A DNA stretch of 56,992 bases from a virus (lineage: Duplodnaviria; Caudoviricetes): positions 1-56,992 of IMG/VR virus record IMGVR_UViG_3300032238_000317. One strand, written 5' to 3'. The position numbers were made by a program, and so were the translations under genes. The stretch's first letter is position 1. Each line of letters begins with the position of its first letter. Positions 19,901 through 28,529 of the stretch are shown piece by piece. Below the pieces are notes generated by a model. The model ran no database searches. It was given only the letters and a program-made list of their open reading frames with translations, and had not been told where the DNA came from.

Positions 19901-21902
19901 TTGTTATTGTTGGAGATGTACCAAATACCAACGAACCAGAACCTGTCTCATCGGAAATCACACCAGCGAGTTGAGATGAAGTGGTAGATCCAAATTGAGA
20001 AAGATTGCCACTTGTGGTTGCAAGTCCAGATATGCTACCACCCAAAGATACTGAAGTGGAGTTGATCGTAATCGAAGAATTAGTAAGCGAAGAGTTACCA
20101 ATGTTAGTTAAGGTATTACTTGCACCACTAATTGTTTTATTGGTCAGTGTTTCAGAACCAGTTACGGTTGCAAGACCAATTGTAGATGCACTTCCATTTA
20201 CCCAGAGAGAACTTGCATTATTATAATACAACAAATTGTTATCAGCAGGAGTTGTGACTGTAACATCGGTAAGAGCATCAAGATTGACTGCAACTGTACC
20301 ACCACCAGAAGTAGTGCTTCTAAATTGTCCTGCTTGAATTATCTGCAAATCACCAGCAGCGTATGCGGTATTTAAATCTGTAGTACCCTTCTTGACAATC
20401 AGATAACCGACAAAGATTGCATTTGTTCTACTGTTTTCGATTTCGGTGAAGTCTTCAAGATCAATGTTGTAGGTTGCATCCAACATTGTCGCGTATGTGT
20501 ATCTTCCATAATACACACCCAGAACATCTGGAGTATTTGGATAGAAAAATATTCTTTGAATCTGGTATTGTTTATTCGAAGGTACGGATTGCAGAGTTCC
20601 AGATCCATTATCATAATTATTTGGATCAATTACAGTTTGATTGATTACTGTTATGAATGAACCAGAGGTTGCTCCACGGTAATAACGATAAAATGTTGCG
20701 TTTATTTTTGCATCATCCGAAACAATACTTGGGTTATTTGCATCATTTACATAATTACGACCCAACATGAATGCTTTACCAGAAGCACGATTGAGTCCTA
20801 GTGGATTTGTACCAGATGCGGCGAGTGATACTGCATGTCCAGATACCTTTAGTGGTCCGAATGCACGAATAAATTGTTCATATTGCTTGTCTGTTGAGTA
20901 AGCAGTATTTGCAATTGTTCTTGCAAGAGTTATGGTGGAATTATTTGGATGCACCAATGCACCAATAATCAGATTATTTTCAATCTGATCGTCGGTATAG
21001 TATGTTCCCTGTTGATGCAGAACACCACTTGGGTCGATATACAACCAAGTTGTGCTTTGTGTTCCTATGTTTGTTACCGTTTGACCAGTAAGTGCTGACC
21101 ATGTAACATCAGTTGTAGTTGGTGCAGGATCTGCGGTATGTGAAGCGCCTGCATAATGAATAACACCTCTACCAGCAGTTATATCAAATTTAGAAGGATC
21201 ACTTCCATTTATGGTAAGGATTCCACCATGCAAAATACCAGTTGAAAGACTTGAAACCATGTAAAGACCATTGATGCCGTGTACTAAATCGGCATCAAGA
21301 CCAGAACCAGAACCATCATTTGTATTTTGCCAATATGTGTCAGTATCCAGTTGCCAACCCTGAGTACCATTCTTGATCAATACGCCGCGCGATCCACTCA
21401 ATGCAGCAATTGAAGTAAGATCAGAATCCAATGGTTGGAAGTTGGTCTGTACATAAGTTTTTGTTGCAATTGTGCTTGTGTCTACTGCAACGGTTACTGG
21501 AGTACTTCCGTTGTAAGAACCACCGCTCAATCCTGTTCCAATAGTGAGCGTGGAGTTTGTGCCGCCGCCTGCGGGAGTTGCCCATGTACCATCACCACGA
21601 AGGAATGTAGTGGCAGATGCAGTACCTGTTGCAAATATTTTGTTTACACCAACGGTTGCATCACCTATAGTCCATACAGTACCACCAGAACTTACAGTAA
21701 TATCACCTTTTGTTCCATCAGTGACACCCGAACCCATTGCATTATAATCAACAAGAAGAACAGGAGAATCGCTCGGACCACCAGTACCTACCCATACTTT
21801 TTTATCAGGAATATTGATAGCAAGTTCACCTAATGCAAGACTTCCAGCATCAGGAACATTTCCAGTATTTGTAGATCTTTTAATTTTGATTATTGTAGGC
21901 AT
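16980..21902 (-). CDS. Long tail-fibre / fibre-like virion protein (1640 aa)
   Basis: N-terminal IKIKRS...GELAIN domain, GSGLDAD, DAATKKYVD, repeated GGTG and RTITLP motifs; Thr/Gly/Ser-rich. Confidence 0.85.
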   Translation of the reverse strand: MPTIIKIKRSTNTGNVPDAGSLALGELAINIPDKKVWVGTGGPSDSPVLLVDYNAMGSGVTDGTKGDITVSSGGTVWTIGDATVGVNKIFATGTASATTFLRGDGTWATPAGGGTNSTLTIGTGLSGGSYNGSTPVTVAVDTSTIATKTYVQTNFQPLDSDLTSIAALSGSRGVLIKNGTQGWQLDTDTYWQNTNDGSGSGLDADLVHGINGLYMVSSLSTGILHGGILTINGSDPSKFDITAGRGVIHYAGASHTADPAPTTTDVTWSALTGQTVTNIGTQSTTWLYIDPSGVLHQQGTYYTDDQIENNLIIGALVHPNNSTITLARTIANTAYSTDKQYEQFIRAFGPLKVSGHAVSLAASGTNPLGLNRASGKAFMLGRNYVNDANNPSIVSDDAKINATFYRYYRGATSGSFITVINQTVIDPNNYDNGSGTLQSVPSNKQYQIQRIFFYPNTPDVLGVYYGRYTYATMLDATYNIDLEDFTEIENSRTNAIFVGYLIVKKGTTDLNTAYAAGDLQIIQAGQFRSTTSGGGTVAVNLDALTDVTVTTPADNNLLYYNNASSLWVNGSASTIGLATVTGSETLTNKTISGASNTLTNIGNSSLTNSSITINSTSVSLGGSISGLATTSGNLSQFGSTTSSQLAGVISDETGSGSLVFGTSPTITTPTIISPTVSNLYLSDGLILVEGTTNDNNEMSLVVGTLSADRTITFPDATGTVALTANKLSAFASTTSAELASVISNETGSGSLVFGTSPTFTTSVIAGSASMDIFNTTATTVNAFNAATTLSLGTSATTFTLGANGSGTASIRNSTVTLGRNAVTLNTNSGLSNNLTISPYGSLILSPTGSAIVGGTYPSMTIQNTDQAAGLIKHEGGDVYLGVKTDDSLVTTPVNIIFEGTTSNSFKTTLTVTDPTANRTITLPNVTGTVITSGNLTDITSTGTIASGTWNGGTIGTGYGGTGLTSFTSGGAVYATSTSALTTGTLPISSGGTGTTTGSITGSGALTFTAGGTNTNITLVPNGTGSIDASTKSIINLKDPTNDQDAATKKYVDDVAQGLHIHSSTKAATTAKLATLTGATVSYNAGTQAITWTGGTALTSTFTDGISFTTSTTEASADRILVKNEGDVGGLGSAYNGIYYCYGARELRRAADGNIAADCAGGDFCFVLEGTLYNNTGWVQTEKITTLNTDPILFDQFSGAGTYTADEVTLTKSGSQFSIKSTYVGQTSITTLGTVATGTWSATAIGATKGGTGLSAYTAGDMLYSSATNTLSALAIGTSNYVLTSSGTAPQWTANTGTGNVVRATSPTFTTSIDSGATFAAFGSSTALTFGYSGTSSSTTNIATGTLSSAQTKTINIGTGASAARTTNINMGNGGSGGIYLNGAGVYIGDSTLSSPGTLYVDTISPYSDLTPILISGGSGGVNLDSGVAISIGDYGGAGSNTMLTVDDSGRKITAFADLNGFQLKTRTELRFYDTDNSNYVGFKAPATVSADKMWTLPSADGTTGQVLSTNGSGTLSWVTASGSTSAAGSDTQVQFNDGGTAFGGDSGLTYNKTTDTLSVGLTSAAGILNVKGQGEVRFNDADSSNYVSFRSAATVSSNVTWTLPSTDGSAGTYLTTDGSGTLSFASVPAVELFLFSQGII
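19633..19943. repeat. Direct repeat inside the fibre gene (32-bp identical core)
   Basis: GGAGATGTACCAAATACCAACGAACCAGAACC at 19633-19664 and 19912-19943, within the duplicated ETGSGSLVFGTSPT peptide. Confidence 0.85.
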
Positions 21903-21905
21903 ATA

Positions 21906-22373
21906 TTAACTCTCACCACCGAATGTACCACCATCAATATCTGCTGGTGCAAAATTTGTTAAGCCTGGAATTTCTCCATTTTCATCCGTTATCAGACAAG
22001 AATATGGTTGGATAGTGCCAGGTTCATGATCCAACATTTTAGTAAAATAACTTCCAGCTATAGGTATGGGACTTCCATCCTTACCAGAAATCAAAACAAG
22101 ATTTTCAAGCATTCTTCTTGGGAAAGAATTTATAGCATCGTCTATTTGTGTTTTATTTCTTGAATTTGGATTCCACCCAACTGGATGATTTCCATATGGA
22201 TCCGATACAACATCACCTGAATTGAAATTTAAAAAATAAAAATCGGAATGACGAGGTAAATATGATGGATAAAATTCTGTATTATTTACGGATGTGTTGT
22301 CAGATCCATCGGCATTAAACATAGAACGATGGTAATCTTGAGAGTAAATAAAGACAGGATGATCTTTTCTCAT
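21906..22373 (-). CDS. Hypothetical virion protein with C-terminal DIDGGTF motif
   Basis: 155 aa directly upstream of the fibre gene; ends ADIDGGTFGGES. Confidence 0.6.
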   Translation of the reverse strand: MRKDHPVFIYSQDYHRSMFNADGSDNTSVNNTEFYPSYLPRHSDFYFLNFNSGDVVSDPYGNHPVGWNPNSRNKTQIDDAINSFPRRMLENLVLISGKDGSPIPIAGSYFTKMLDHEPGTIQPYSCLITDENGEIPGLTNFAPADIDGGTFGGES

Positions 22374-22426
22374 GCCTTCCTAATCAAAATATTGATAACT
22401 GGTTGTCTTTTAATTTTAATAATCAT
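22370..22426 (-). CDS. 18-aa micro-ORF MIIKIKRQPVINILIRKA
   Basis: Manually translated; ATGA overlaps at both ends fill the gap exactly. Confidence 0.45.
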   Translation of the reverse strand: MIIKIKRQPVINILIRKA

Positions 22427-22818
22427 CTGGTGATTTCTCCGATGACTTCTGCTCTACCTTTCATAAGTTTCAAGACAACACCATCAGCATCTTCTAATTC
22501 AATATCATAGAAATGTTTGCCTGGTGGTAGTTCTTTTGTGGTAGTAGAACTTATTCTTAGTTTTATTAATCCTGCTTCCTCTTGCGAGAAAACGATATAA
22601 TCACCAATATATTGATTGGTAGTTGGTTCGGTATCAAGATCAATTAGTTTTTCTTCTGAAAGATATGATCTTCTAATTTGCATTCTGCAACTATAAGTCG
22701 AAGATGCATTTGTTCCGAGAAGATAGTATGGAGTGGTATTATCATCGTTCAACATATAGAATTCAAGATCATATGTCGAACCCTTGTCAATTGAGAGATC
22801 GTATGAGTATGGTATCAT
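22423..22818 (-). CDS. Small beta-sandwich virion adaptor protein, paralog 1
   Basis: YDLSIDKGST...RMQIR...YDIEL...KGRAEVIGEITR; same pattern as 44547..45089. Confidence 0.6.
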   Translation of the reverse strand: MIPYSYDLSIDKGSTYDLEFYMLNDDNTTPYYLLGTNASSTYSCRMQIRRSYLSEEKLIDLDTEPTTNQYIGDYIVFSQEEAGLIKLRISSTTTKELPPGKHFYDIELEDADGVVLKLMKGRAEVIGEITR

Positions 22819-23216
22819 TTCTTTTTACCTATGTGATATTTAGGACACAATTCCCAATTAGATTTATCTGCGTGGGATATGATTTTAATCTGATTTAATC
22901 CTACTATATTGCTATTTAATTTTACTTGATCCTTTACCACAATCAAGCCCCATTCTTCTAACAGTTTAGCAATACGATTTCTTCTGCCAATATCATTGGC
23001 ATCAATATCGGATTCCAATCCATCTAAAAGAAAAAGTTCTTTAAAATGAACAATATAATACTTTCCGCGTTTATGTAAAATATGACAAGATTGGAATAAC
23101 TTATTCTCCTTTTTGGAGGTTATACCAATTCTTGTCAATGTTTCCTTTACTTTAAGGAAGTTTTCTACATTTGGCAGATCTACTTCTAGTAAATCCTCTA
23201 CACCTATACTACTCAT
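22815..23216 (-). CDS. regA: Translational repressor RegA
   Basis: FLKVKETLTRIG, LFQSCHILHKRGKYYIVHFKELF, RRNRIAKLLEEWGL, KYHIG. Confidence 0.96.
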   Translation of the reverse strand: MSSIGVEDLLEVDLPNVENFLKVKETLTRIGITSKKENKLFQSCHILHKRGKYYIVHFKELFLLDGLESDIDANDIGRRNRIAKLLEEWGLIVVKDQVKLNSNIVGLNQIKIISHADKSNWELCPKYHIGKKK

Positions 23217-23223
23217 ACTATCT

Positions 23224-23249
23224 CCTAAATATCTTTATTTATATTTAGG
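23224..23249 (-). promoter_or_regulatory. gp55 late promoter TATAAATA within an RBS-sequestering hairpin upstream of regA
   Basis: TATAAATA at 23236-23243; perfect 9-bp inverted repeat CCTAAATAT/ATATTTAGG overlapping the AGGAG SD. Confidence 0.65.
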
Positions 23250-23634
23250 TTTTCTTAGTTATGAGGTGATGGTGGGTTTCCTTTAAAGAATCAATCTGTT
23301 CCCGTGTCAGGATGGTCAAATACTCTTTTGCTTTGCGATCAGAACACTCGTAGACTTGCTTTACAAACTCCAAATCTGGTACTTCTTCGGACTTGAACCA
23401 TTTTGTAAATCTTTTCTTTTTTCGTAGACCATGAAGATAAAAATGATGCTTTAACTTGTTGTCTACATGGGAACGAAGATTCATTTCGTTCGCAAAAAAT
23501 ACAGTATCGGGAAGAAAAGAAAAATACCTATTGAGCAAATATGCAGGATATTTTTTCTCTTCTCTTTCTGGAAGATCTTTGAATATATCTTTTTTGTTGT
23601 AACTAGCATCGTTGATGTAATCAAATAACTCCAT
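23245..23634 (-). CDS. gp62: Clamp loader small subunit (T4 gp62)
   Basis: ELFDYIN, YPAYLLNRYFS, FANEMN, LRKKKRFTKW; position between gp44 and regA. Confidence 0.92.
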   Translation of the reverse strand: MELFDYINDASYNKKDIFKDLPEREEKKYPAYLLNRYFSFLPDTVFFANEMNLRSHVDNKLKHHFYLHGLRKKKRFTKWFKSEEVPDLEFVKQVYECSDRKAKEYLTILTREQIDSLKETHHHLITKKT

Positions 23635-24579
23635 TTACTTAACCTCACAGTCCATCATAAGTTGAACCAAACATGCGGTCAGATTGATTTCCTGATCTGC
23701 TACAAATGCTGACTTGTACTGATAATCCGCAAGTATGAGGATTGCGGAAGGAATCGTAGAAGCACTGAAATTTTCATACAGTCCATCATAGATTTTCCTG
23801 AAGATATGAACTGGATCGTTGTTGATGTTCGTGACAACCCATTTACGAACATTGGTAAAATCCTTGTCTTTCATCGCCTTCAGAAGATCCTTGATCACGA
23901 TATCTCCCGACTCGGAAAGAATACCAGTATCAATCTTTCCGTTAACAGAATACCGTTGAAGTTCATTCAACAGTCTTCGGAAATCAGGAGCATACTTCAT
24001 GATCAGTTTGGCAAGAACCTTCTCATCAAACGGAATCTGCTCTGCTGTTAGGATAGTCTTAAGACGATCCATGAACTGAGCGCACATAGTCATCTTGTCA
24101 TCACCAGTAAATTTAAAATCAATACTGGTGCAACGAGAATGTAGTGGTTCGATGATTCGACTCTTGTAGTTGCATGTCAGAATAAATCGACAATTATTTG
24201 CAAACTCTTCGATGAATCCACGAAGTGCTGGTTGCATTGATTGGGGATTGGAATAATCAAACTCGTCTAGGATGACGATCTTGGTTCCGCCACCAAACGA
24301 CACGGTGCTTGCAAAATTACGAATCTTTGTTCGCAGAGTGTCGATGTTTCCATCTTCAGAGCAGTTGATTACGATAAAGTCGCTGCCTAGTTCGTTGCAC
24401 ATTGCTTTTGCAACGGTTGTCTTTCCGCAGCCTGGGCCTCCCGAAAGAAGTAGATTCTGGCATTGACCAGAATCCACCATCTCTTGGAAAGTCTTCTTTA
24501 AAGTTGCAGGAAGAATACATTCACTAATCTTTCGTGGGCGGTATTTTTCCACCCACAGAAAGTCATTTAGATTTGACAT
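23635..24579 (-). CDS. gp44: Clamp loader ATPase subunit (T4 gp44)
   Basis: LWVEKYRP, GGPGCGKTT, ILDEFD, PLHSRC, PDFRR. Confidence 0.96.
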   Translation of the reverse strand: MSNLNDFLWVEKYRPRKISECILPATLKKTFQEMVDSGQCQNLLLSGGPGCGKTTVAKAMCNELGSDFIVINCSEDGNIDTLRTKIRNFASTVSFGGGTKIVILDEFDYSNPQSMQPALRGFIEEFANNCRFILTCNYKSRIIEPLHSRCTSIDFKFTGDDKMTMCAQFMDRLKTILTAEQIPFDEKVLAKLIMKYAPDFRRLLNELQRYSVNGKIDTGILSESGDIVIKDLLKAMKDKDFTNVRKWVVTNINNDPVHIFRKIYDGLYENFSASTIPSAILILADYQYKSAFVADQEINLTACLVQLMMDCEVK

Positions 24580-24583
24580 CTAT

Positions 24584-25282
24584 TCAAGCCTCGTATGAAG
24601 ATTCGGTTTCTAGAGCGATCCAATAAGTAAGATAACGATTCTTGCTAACAAAACGAGAAACAACCTTCTCGCTGATACCAACATCGTAATCGCCAGGAAT
24701 TAACTTCATGTTTTCTGCCTTCATGTACATATTGAAAGTAGCGTTGTTTGAGTTGTCACCGACAACGATAGAATAAGAATTACTGGTAGTATCCTTCTTG
24801 TCAAGAACAACCATTTCAATCTTATCTTCATTAGAACGAACACAGATATCGGGAAGTTGAAGAACCGCAGCAGCCTTCATCAGTTCAGAGAAGTCCTTTT
24901 GCTTTAGTTCGAAGTTTACAACAACTTCTGGCATCTGAATCTTCTTGGTAGGTGCGGTCAGCAACTTTGGTTCAGAATAAAAGAACTTAACAGATGAGTT
25001 CTTGTTGTAAACCGTTACAAACTTCTCCTCAAAAACAAACTCAGGATCGGAGAAAAGGGATACGACTCCCAAGAACTTGTTTAGATCCCATAGTCCAAAT
25101 TGAATTGGAAATGACTCTGGAACCTTTGCTTCCGCAAGAACATTCTTTACGGGAGAAACGGTGGTGAGAACATCGCCAGGATTTACTAGGATGTTGGAAT
25201 TGATTGATGCAAAGTTCTTGAGAACTTCGATGGTTTCTTTTGATAGTTTCATACTCTTTGTTTGTGTCATCACAGTACTCAT
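24584..25282 (-). CDS. gp45: Sliding clamp (T4 gp45)
   Basis: MKLSKETIEVLKNFASIN, DLNKFL, ENMKLIPGDYDV, YWIALE. Confidence 0.95.
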   Translation of the reverse strand: MSTVMTQTKSMKLSKETIEVLKNFASINSNILVNPGDVLTTVSPVKNVLAEAKVPESFPIQFGLWDLNKFLGVVSLFSDPEFVFEEKFVTVYNKNSSVKFFYSEPKLLTAPTKKIQMPEVVVNFELKQKDFSELMKAAAVLQLPDICVRSNEDKIEMVVLDKKDTTSNSYSIVVGDNSNNATFNMYMKAENMKLIPGDYDVGISEKVVSRFVSKNRYLTYWIALETESSYEA

Positions 25283-25296
25283 AATATACTCCTAAT

Positions 25297-25893
25297 TCAC
25301 GATGGGTTAGATTTGGACTTGATATAGTCCACACCTTCATTAAATTCAATAAACTGCTTTCTAACATTTGCAGTTTTTTCATTGTCTGCACACGATTTAT
25401 AATTTGTAAATCCAGGCATCTCCAACGGACATGTAACCTTTGGATGATGTAGTTTTGTGTACTCCACCATTTTACCATTGTCTTGATGCGGAGTCAACTG
25501 CGTAAGTGGTTTATCTCCGCATCCACATGCTCCGCAATAATGAGATCCTTCATATTTTGCGCTATTCATTCTACGAGGACATGGAGGTAATATATTACTA
25601 TTACCATGACAACTTAGAACTCGCAGCGATAGGGTTTCGGGACTTGCTTTATTATTGTTCAGTCCTCTTGATGCCATTGATTGAGCAAATGACGCTGCTT
25701 TCTGAACAATATTTTGTTGAATAGCCTGTCCTTCACCTAGGTTGCTTGCAGTGGGCGCAACCGCAGGAGCATTGTTTTTTTTTGAGGCATCTGTCTGTGC
25801 TTGAAGTTTCTTCATTACTTCAGCAGCAGATCGTCCTTGAAATTTTGCCTTTTGAAGTTCTTCTGCTAACTTCTTAGGATCTATATTACTCAT
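25297..25893 (-). CDS. Hypothetical protein with Cys/His-rich putative metal-binding domain
   Basis: SCHG...CPRR...HYCGACGCGD...TCPL; start set at MSNIDP (ATGA overlap). Confidence 0.65.
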   Translation of the reverse strand: MSNIDPKKLAEELQKAKFQGRSAAEVMKKLQAQTDASKKNNAPAVAPTASNLGEGQAIQQNIVQKAASFAQSMASRGLNNNKASPETLSLRVLSCHGNSNILPPCPRRMNSAKYEGSHYCGACGCGDKPLTQLTPHQDNGKMVEYTKLHHPKVTCPLEMPGFTNYKSCADNEKTANVRKQFIEFNEGVDYIKSKSNPS

Positions 25894-26078
25894 TTGCGTT
25901 CCCACTTTTCCATAAAATCATCGTTATCATTGTCTAGGTTATTATCTGTACCTGTAAAATGATCACGAATCATTTGTTTTTGATTTGAACGGTTGTCCTT
26001 TCCCTTCTTTGGATTCTTCGGACGCTTCTTGAATCGTTCAAAACTAGAATCATCGTCATGTCCATCAAACCGTGGCAT
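25890..26078 (-). CDS. Small basic/acidic hypothetical protein
   Basis: 62 aa, coupled to neighbours at both ends. Confidence 0.6.
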   Translation of the reverse strand: MPRFDGHDDDSSFERFKKRPKNPKKGKDNRSNQKQMIRDHFTGTDNNLDNDNDDFMEKWERK

Positions 26079-26506
26079 TATGCAATGTCCTCCATGTCTG
26101 GGAATGCCTGCTTTACTAGTTTTTTATTAAGAACTGGATTCTTATACTTGTTCATAATTAATTGTTCATAAACTGGAGTTTCCAACCAACTCATCTCTTC
26201 AAGAATAGAAAGCAGTCTATCTTCTCTCTTCTTGGGTAGAGGAATCATATCAGGTCCTTCAAAGAAAAACCTAAGCATAGGAATTGCCTTTTCCAACTTA
26301 ATATATGAAAAAGTGATATCTACCATATTGGTTTTATATGGTGGAATATCACTAAATGCTGGTTTACGCTTGTTGAAAAACGCCCAATGTAAGAAATGCT
26401 TAAAGTGGGGATGAGTCTTTGCGTAAGACTGCATCAATTCAATTTGTTTTTCTTTTGTGCTTTCTTTTTCTACAGATGAAAGCATTTCTGTTATGGATGT
26501 ATACAT
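26078..26506 (-). CDS. Hypothetical protein resembling the conserved T4-like gene downstream of rnh
   Basis: PPYK, KRE...LE, LVKQAFP pattern; synteny with rnh. Confidence 0.65.
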   Translation of the reverse strand: MYTSITEMLSSVEKESTKEKQIELMQSYAKTHPHFKHFLHWAFFNKRKPAFSDIPPYKTNMVDITFSYIKLEKAIPMLRFFFEGPDMIPLPKKREDRLLSILEEMSWLETPVYEQLIMNKYKNPVLNKKLVKQAFPDMEDIA

Positions 26507-26507
26507 T

Positions 26508-27374
26508 TTAAAAACTCGTCAAGTCCTTCATAAGATGCGTGAGTTTATTCTCAACAAAATAATTAAACATCTTATTACTATTTATAATGGGTTTCTTGTA
26601 TTCCTCAAGAATTGCATCGACATATTCTGGCGGAATATAATTAAGATCAATCAGTTGTTGATTGCGCCTAAACATTTCCACGCTAAAATGATTTCTATTA
26701 TTAGCAATATCCAAAGGAATAGTATTGGTGAATTCTGCAAGTCTCTTTGCAGTAATGGGTTTCTGTCGCTTAGTTTCTACAATAAATGTATCACTATCGG
26801 AAAGAATATTAGGAATACCATCACCCGAATCACCACGGACAATCTGTTCAAACAGAAATGTCGTCGGATCATCGCAAGTTACCATCTTCTTCTTTTGCTG
26901 ACTGTATAGTTCCACATTGGGATAATACAGCAGTTGCTGAAAATCCTTATCGTTGGATACAATAAGAACCTTTTCTGTCGGGGAATAGTGCTTTGCAAGA
27001 ACAGCAATGATGTCATCCGCTTCGCAGCGATCCACCTTCATGTTCTTATATGGCATGTTGGTTGCGACTTCTTCGCGGATAACTTTCATCGCATCGAAGA
27101 TGACATCCCAATACTCTTGATTATCCTCGCGCATCTTCTTGCGATTTGCCTTGTAGTGTGGAAAGATTTCCTTTCTCCAATAATTGTTGGAGTCTTGGCA
27201 AATTACAATATTACCATAATCACTGCTGAACTTATCTTTAATCGAACGATAGGTGTTCAGAGTAATATGGCGAATCAGATTAATCGGATCGTCTTCTCCA
27301 AGAATCGCACTCGGATCGGGATATTGAGAGAAGATCGAAGATAGAACAATTTGAGAATTGTCGATGAGAATCAT
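26508..27374 (-). CDS. rnh: T4-type RNase H / 5'-3' exonuclease (FEN family)
   Basis: MILID, YWRK..FPHYKANR, EADDII, IVSNDKDFQQL, GDSGDGIPN. Confidence 0.94.
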   Translation of the reverse strand: MILIDNSQIVLSSIFSQYPDPSAILGEDDPINLIRHITLNTYRSIKDKFSSDYGNIVICQDSNNYWRKEIFPHYKANRKKMREDNQEYWDVIFDAMKVIREEVATNMPYKNMKVDRCEADDIIAVLAKHYSPTEKVLIVSNDKDFQQLLYYPNVELYSQQKKKMVTCDDPTTFLFEQIVRGDSGDGIPNILSDSDTFIVETKRQKPITAKRLAEFTNTIPLDIANNRNHFSVEMFRRNQQLIDLNYIPPEYVDAILEEYKKPIINSNKMFNYFVENKLTHLMKDLTSF

Positions 27375-28495
27375 TTAAATGCTTTCACAATAATTGTGTT
27401 TTCGTTGATACGAGGAGTTGCTTCTGCTTCTTTAGTCTTCAGACTATCATAATGGTTCTTGATGCTCTTGATACCACCAGTAATAGACTTGAAGAAATCC
27501 TTTGGTTTCCGCACAGTCTTACATACTGCTTTGTTTACATTCTGTACCGTGGTTCCCTTGATGCTAAATCCATCAAGAGATTCCGATTCAAAAATGCAAA
27601 CCTTGCAATACTTGGTATTGAACACAACCAACTTGGACGCTCCAATTATATCACGCGGATCAATGGAAGTCAAACCAAGTTCGGTATCTTCTCGTTGAAA
27701 CTTAAGTTTCTTTATGAGTTTTTCCGCAGACTTTTTCTTCTTCTTGCGTGGTTTTCTCTGCTTCTTCTGAAGAGCATATTGACCAGTAATATCCACAATA
27801 GAAGAAAGAAGTTCAACAAACTTCCTCAACTTTACTTTACCAAGGTATTCATATGCTTCAAGAAGTTGGGGATCGTTTCCCTCAAGTGCTTCTTGCTTTT
27901 CCTTTACGATACCCGAATAGTAATCGTGAATTGCCTGACATTCATAAGACTTCAGTTTATTATTTGTAATCCATGCTTCGACATTAAATGTCTTCATGAA
28001 TTGCTTATAATCAGAAGCAGTAATGAATTCGTCAATCTTTACTTCAAGTTCACCAATAGTATCGCTGATCTTATTTTGAATATGATCCTGTACGGAAGGA
28101 CGAACCACCTTGGGTTCCTCTTCAACGATATTCACGGCATTTGCTTTGATTAAAAGATTGGTATAGTGTCTATCAAAATACTGTTGATCTTTAACAGTAA
28201 TTCTACCACCAAGAGACATAATTCTGCAAAGAGAACCAATATCCCTAAACAGAGGATTATACTTGTCTATTGTCTTAATACGAGTCAAGGTATCTTTTGA
28301 TACCTTTTCGTCAGTCTTGCAATAATCAAGAACAAAGTCCTTGTAATCTTCTTCCGAGCAGAAGTAATTGTACCAATTCAATGCTCGTCCGATCTTACAG
28401 GAAAGTTGTTCCTCAGTAAGAGTAGCACAACCATCCCAAAGCGGTTCTTTACCCATTACGGTAGTTTCGTATTCGTTACCTTTACGCATACTCAT
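27371..28495 (-). CDS. Hypothetical protein resembling the conserved T4-like gene upstream of rnh
   Basis: ALNWYNY, QLLEAY, SIDPRDIIGA, FNTK, IKGTT, TVRKP, RINENTII; own early promoter. Confidence 0.75.
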   Translation of the reverse strand: MSMRKGNEYETTVMGKEPLWDGCATLTEEQLSCKIGRALNWYNYFCSEEDYKDFVLDYCKTDEKVSKDTLTRIKTIDKYNPLFRDIGSLCRIMSLGGRITVKDQQYFDRHYTNLLIKANAVNIVEEEPKVVRPSVQDHIQNKISDTIGELEVKIDEFITASDYKQFMKTFNVEAWITNNKLKSYECQAIHDYYSGIVKEKQEALEGNDPQLLEAYEYLGKVKLRKFVELLSSIVDITGQYALQKKQRKPRKKKKKSAEKLIKKLKFQREDTELGLTSIDPRDIIGASKLVVFNTKYCKVCIFESESLDGFSIKGTTVQNVNKAVCKTVRKPKDFFKSITGGIKSIKNHYDSLKTKEAEATPRINENTIIVKAFK

Positions 28496-28501
28496 GTCTC
28501 C

Positions 28502-28529
28502 ATTATAGCATGAGTATCAGGAGTGTCAA
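28502..28529 (-). promoter_or_regulatory. Sigma70-type promoter TTGACA-N16-TATAAT
   Basis: Minus strand TTGACA ctcctgatactcatgc TATAAT; 6 nt to the ATG at 28495. Confidence 0.8.
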
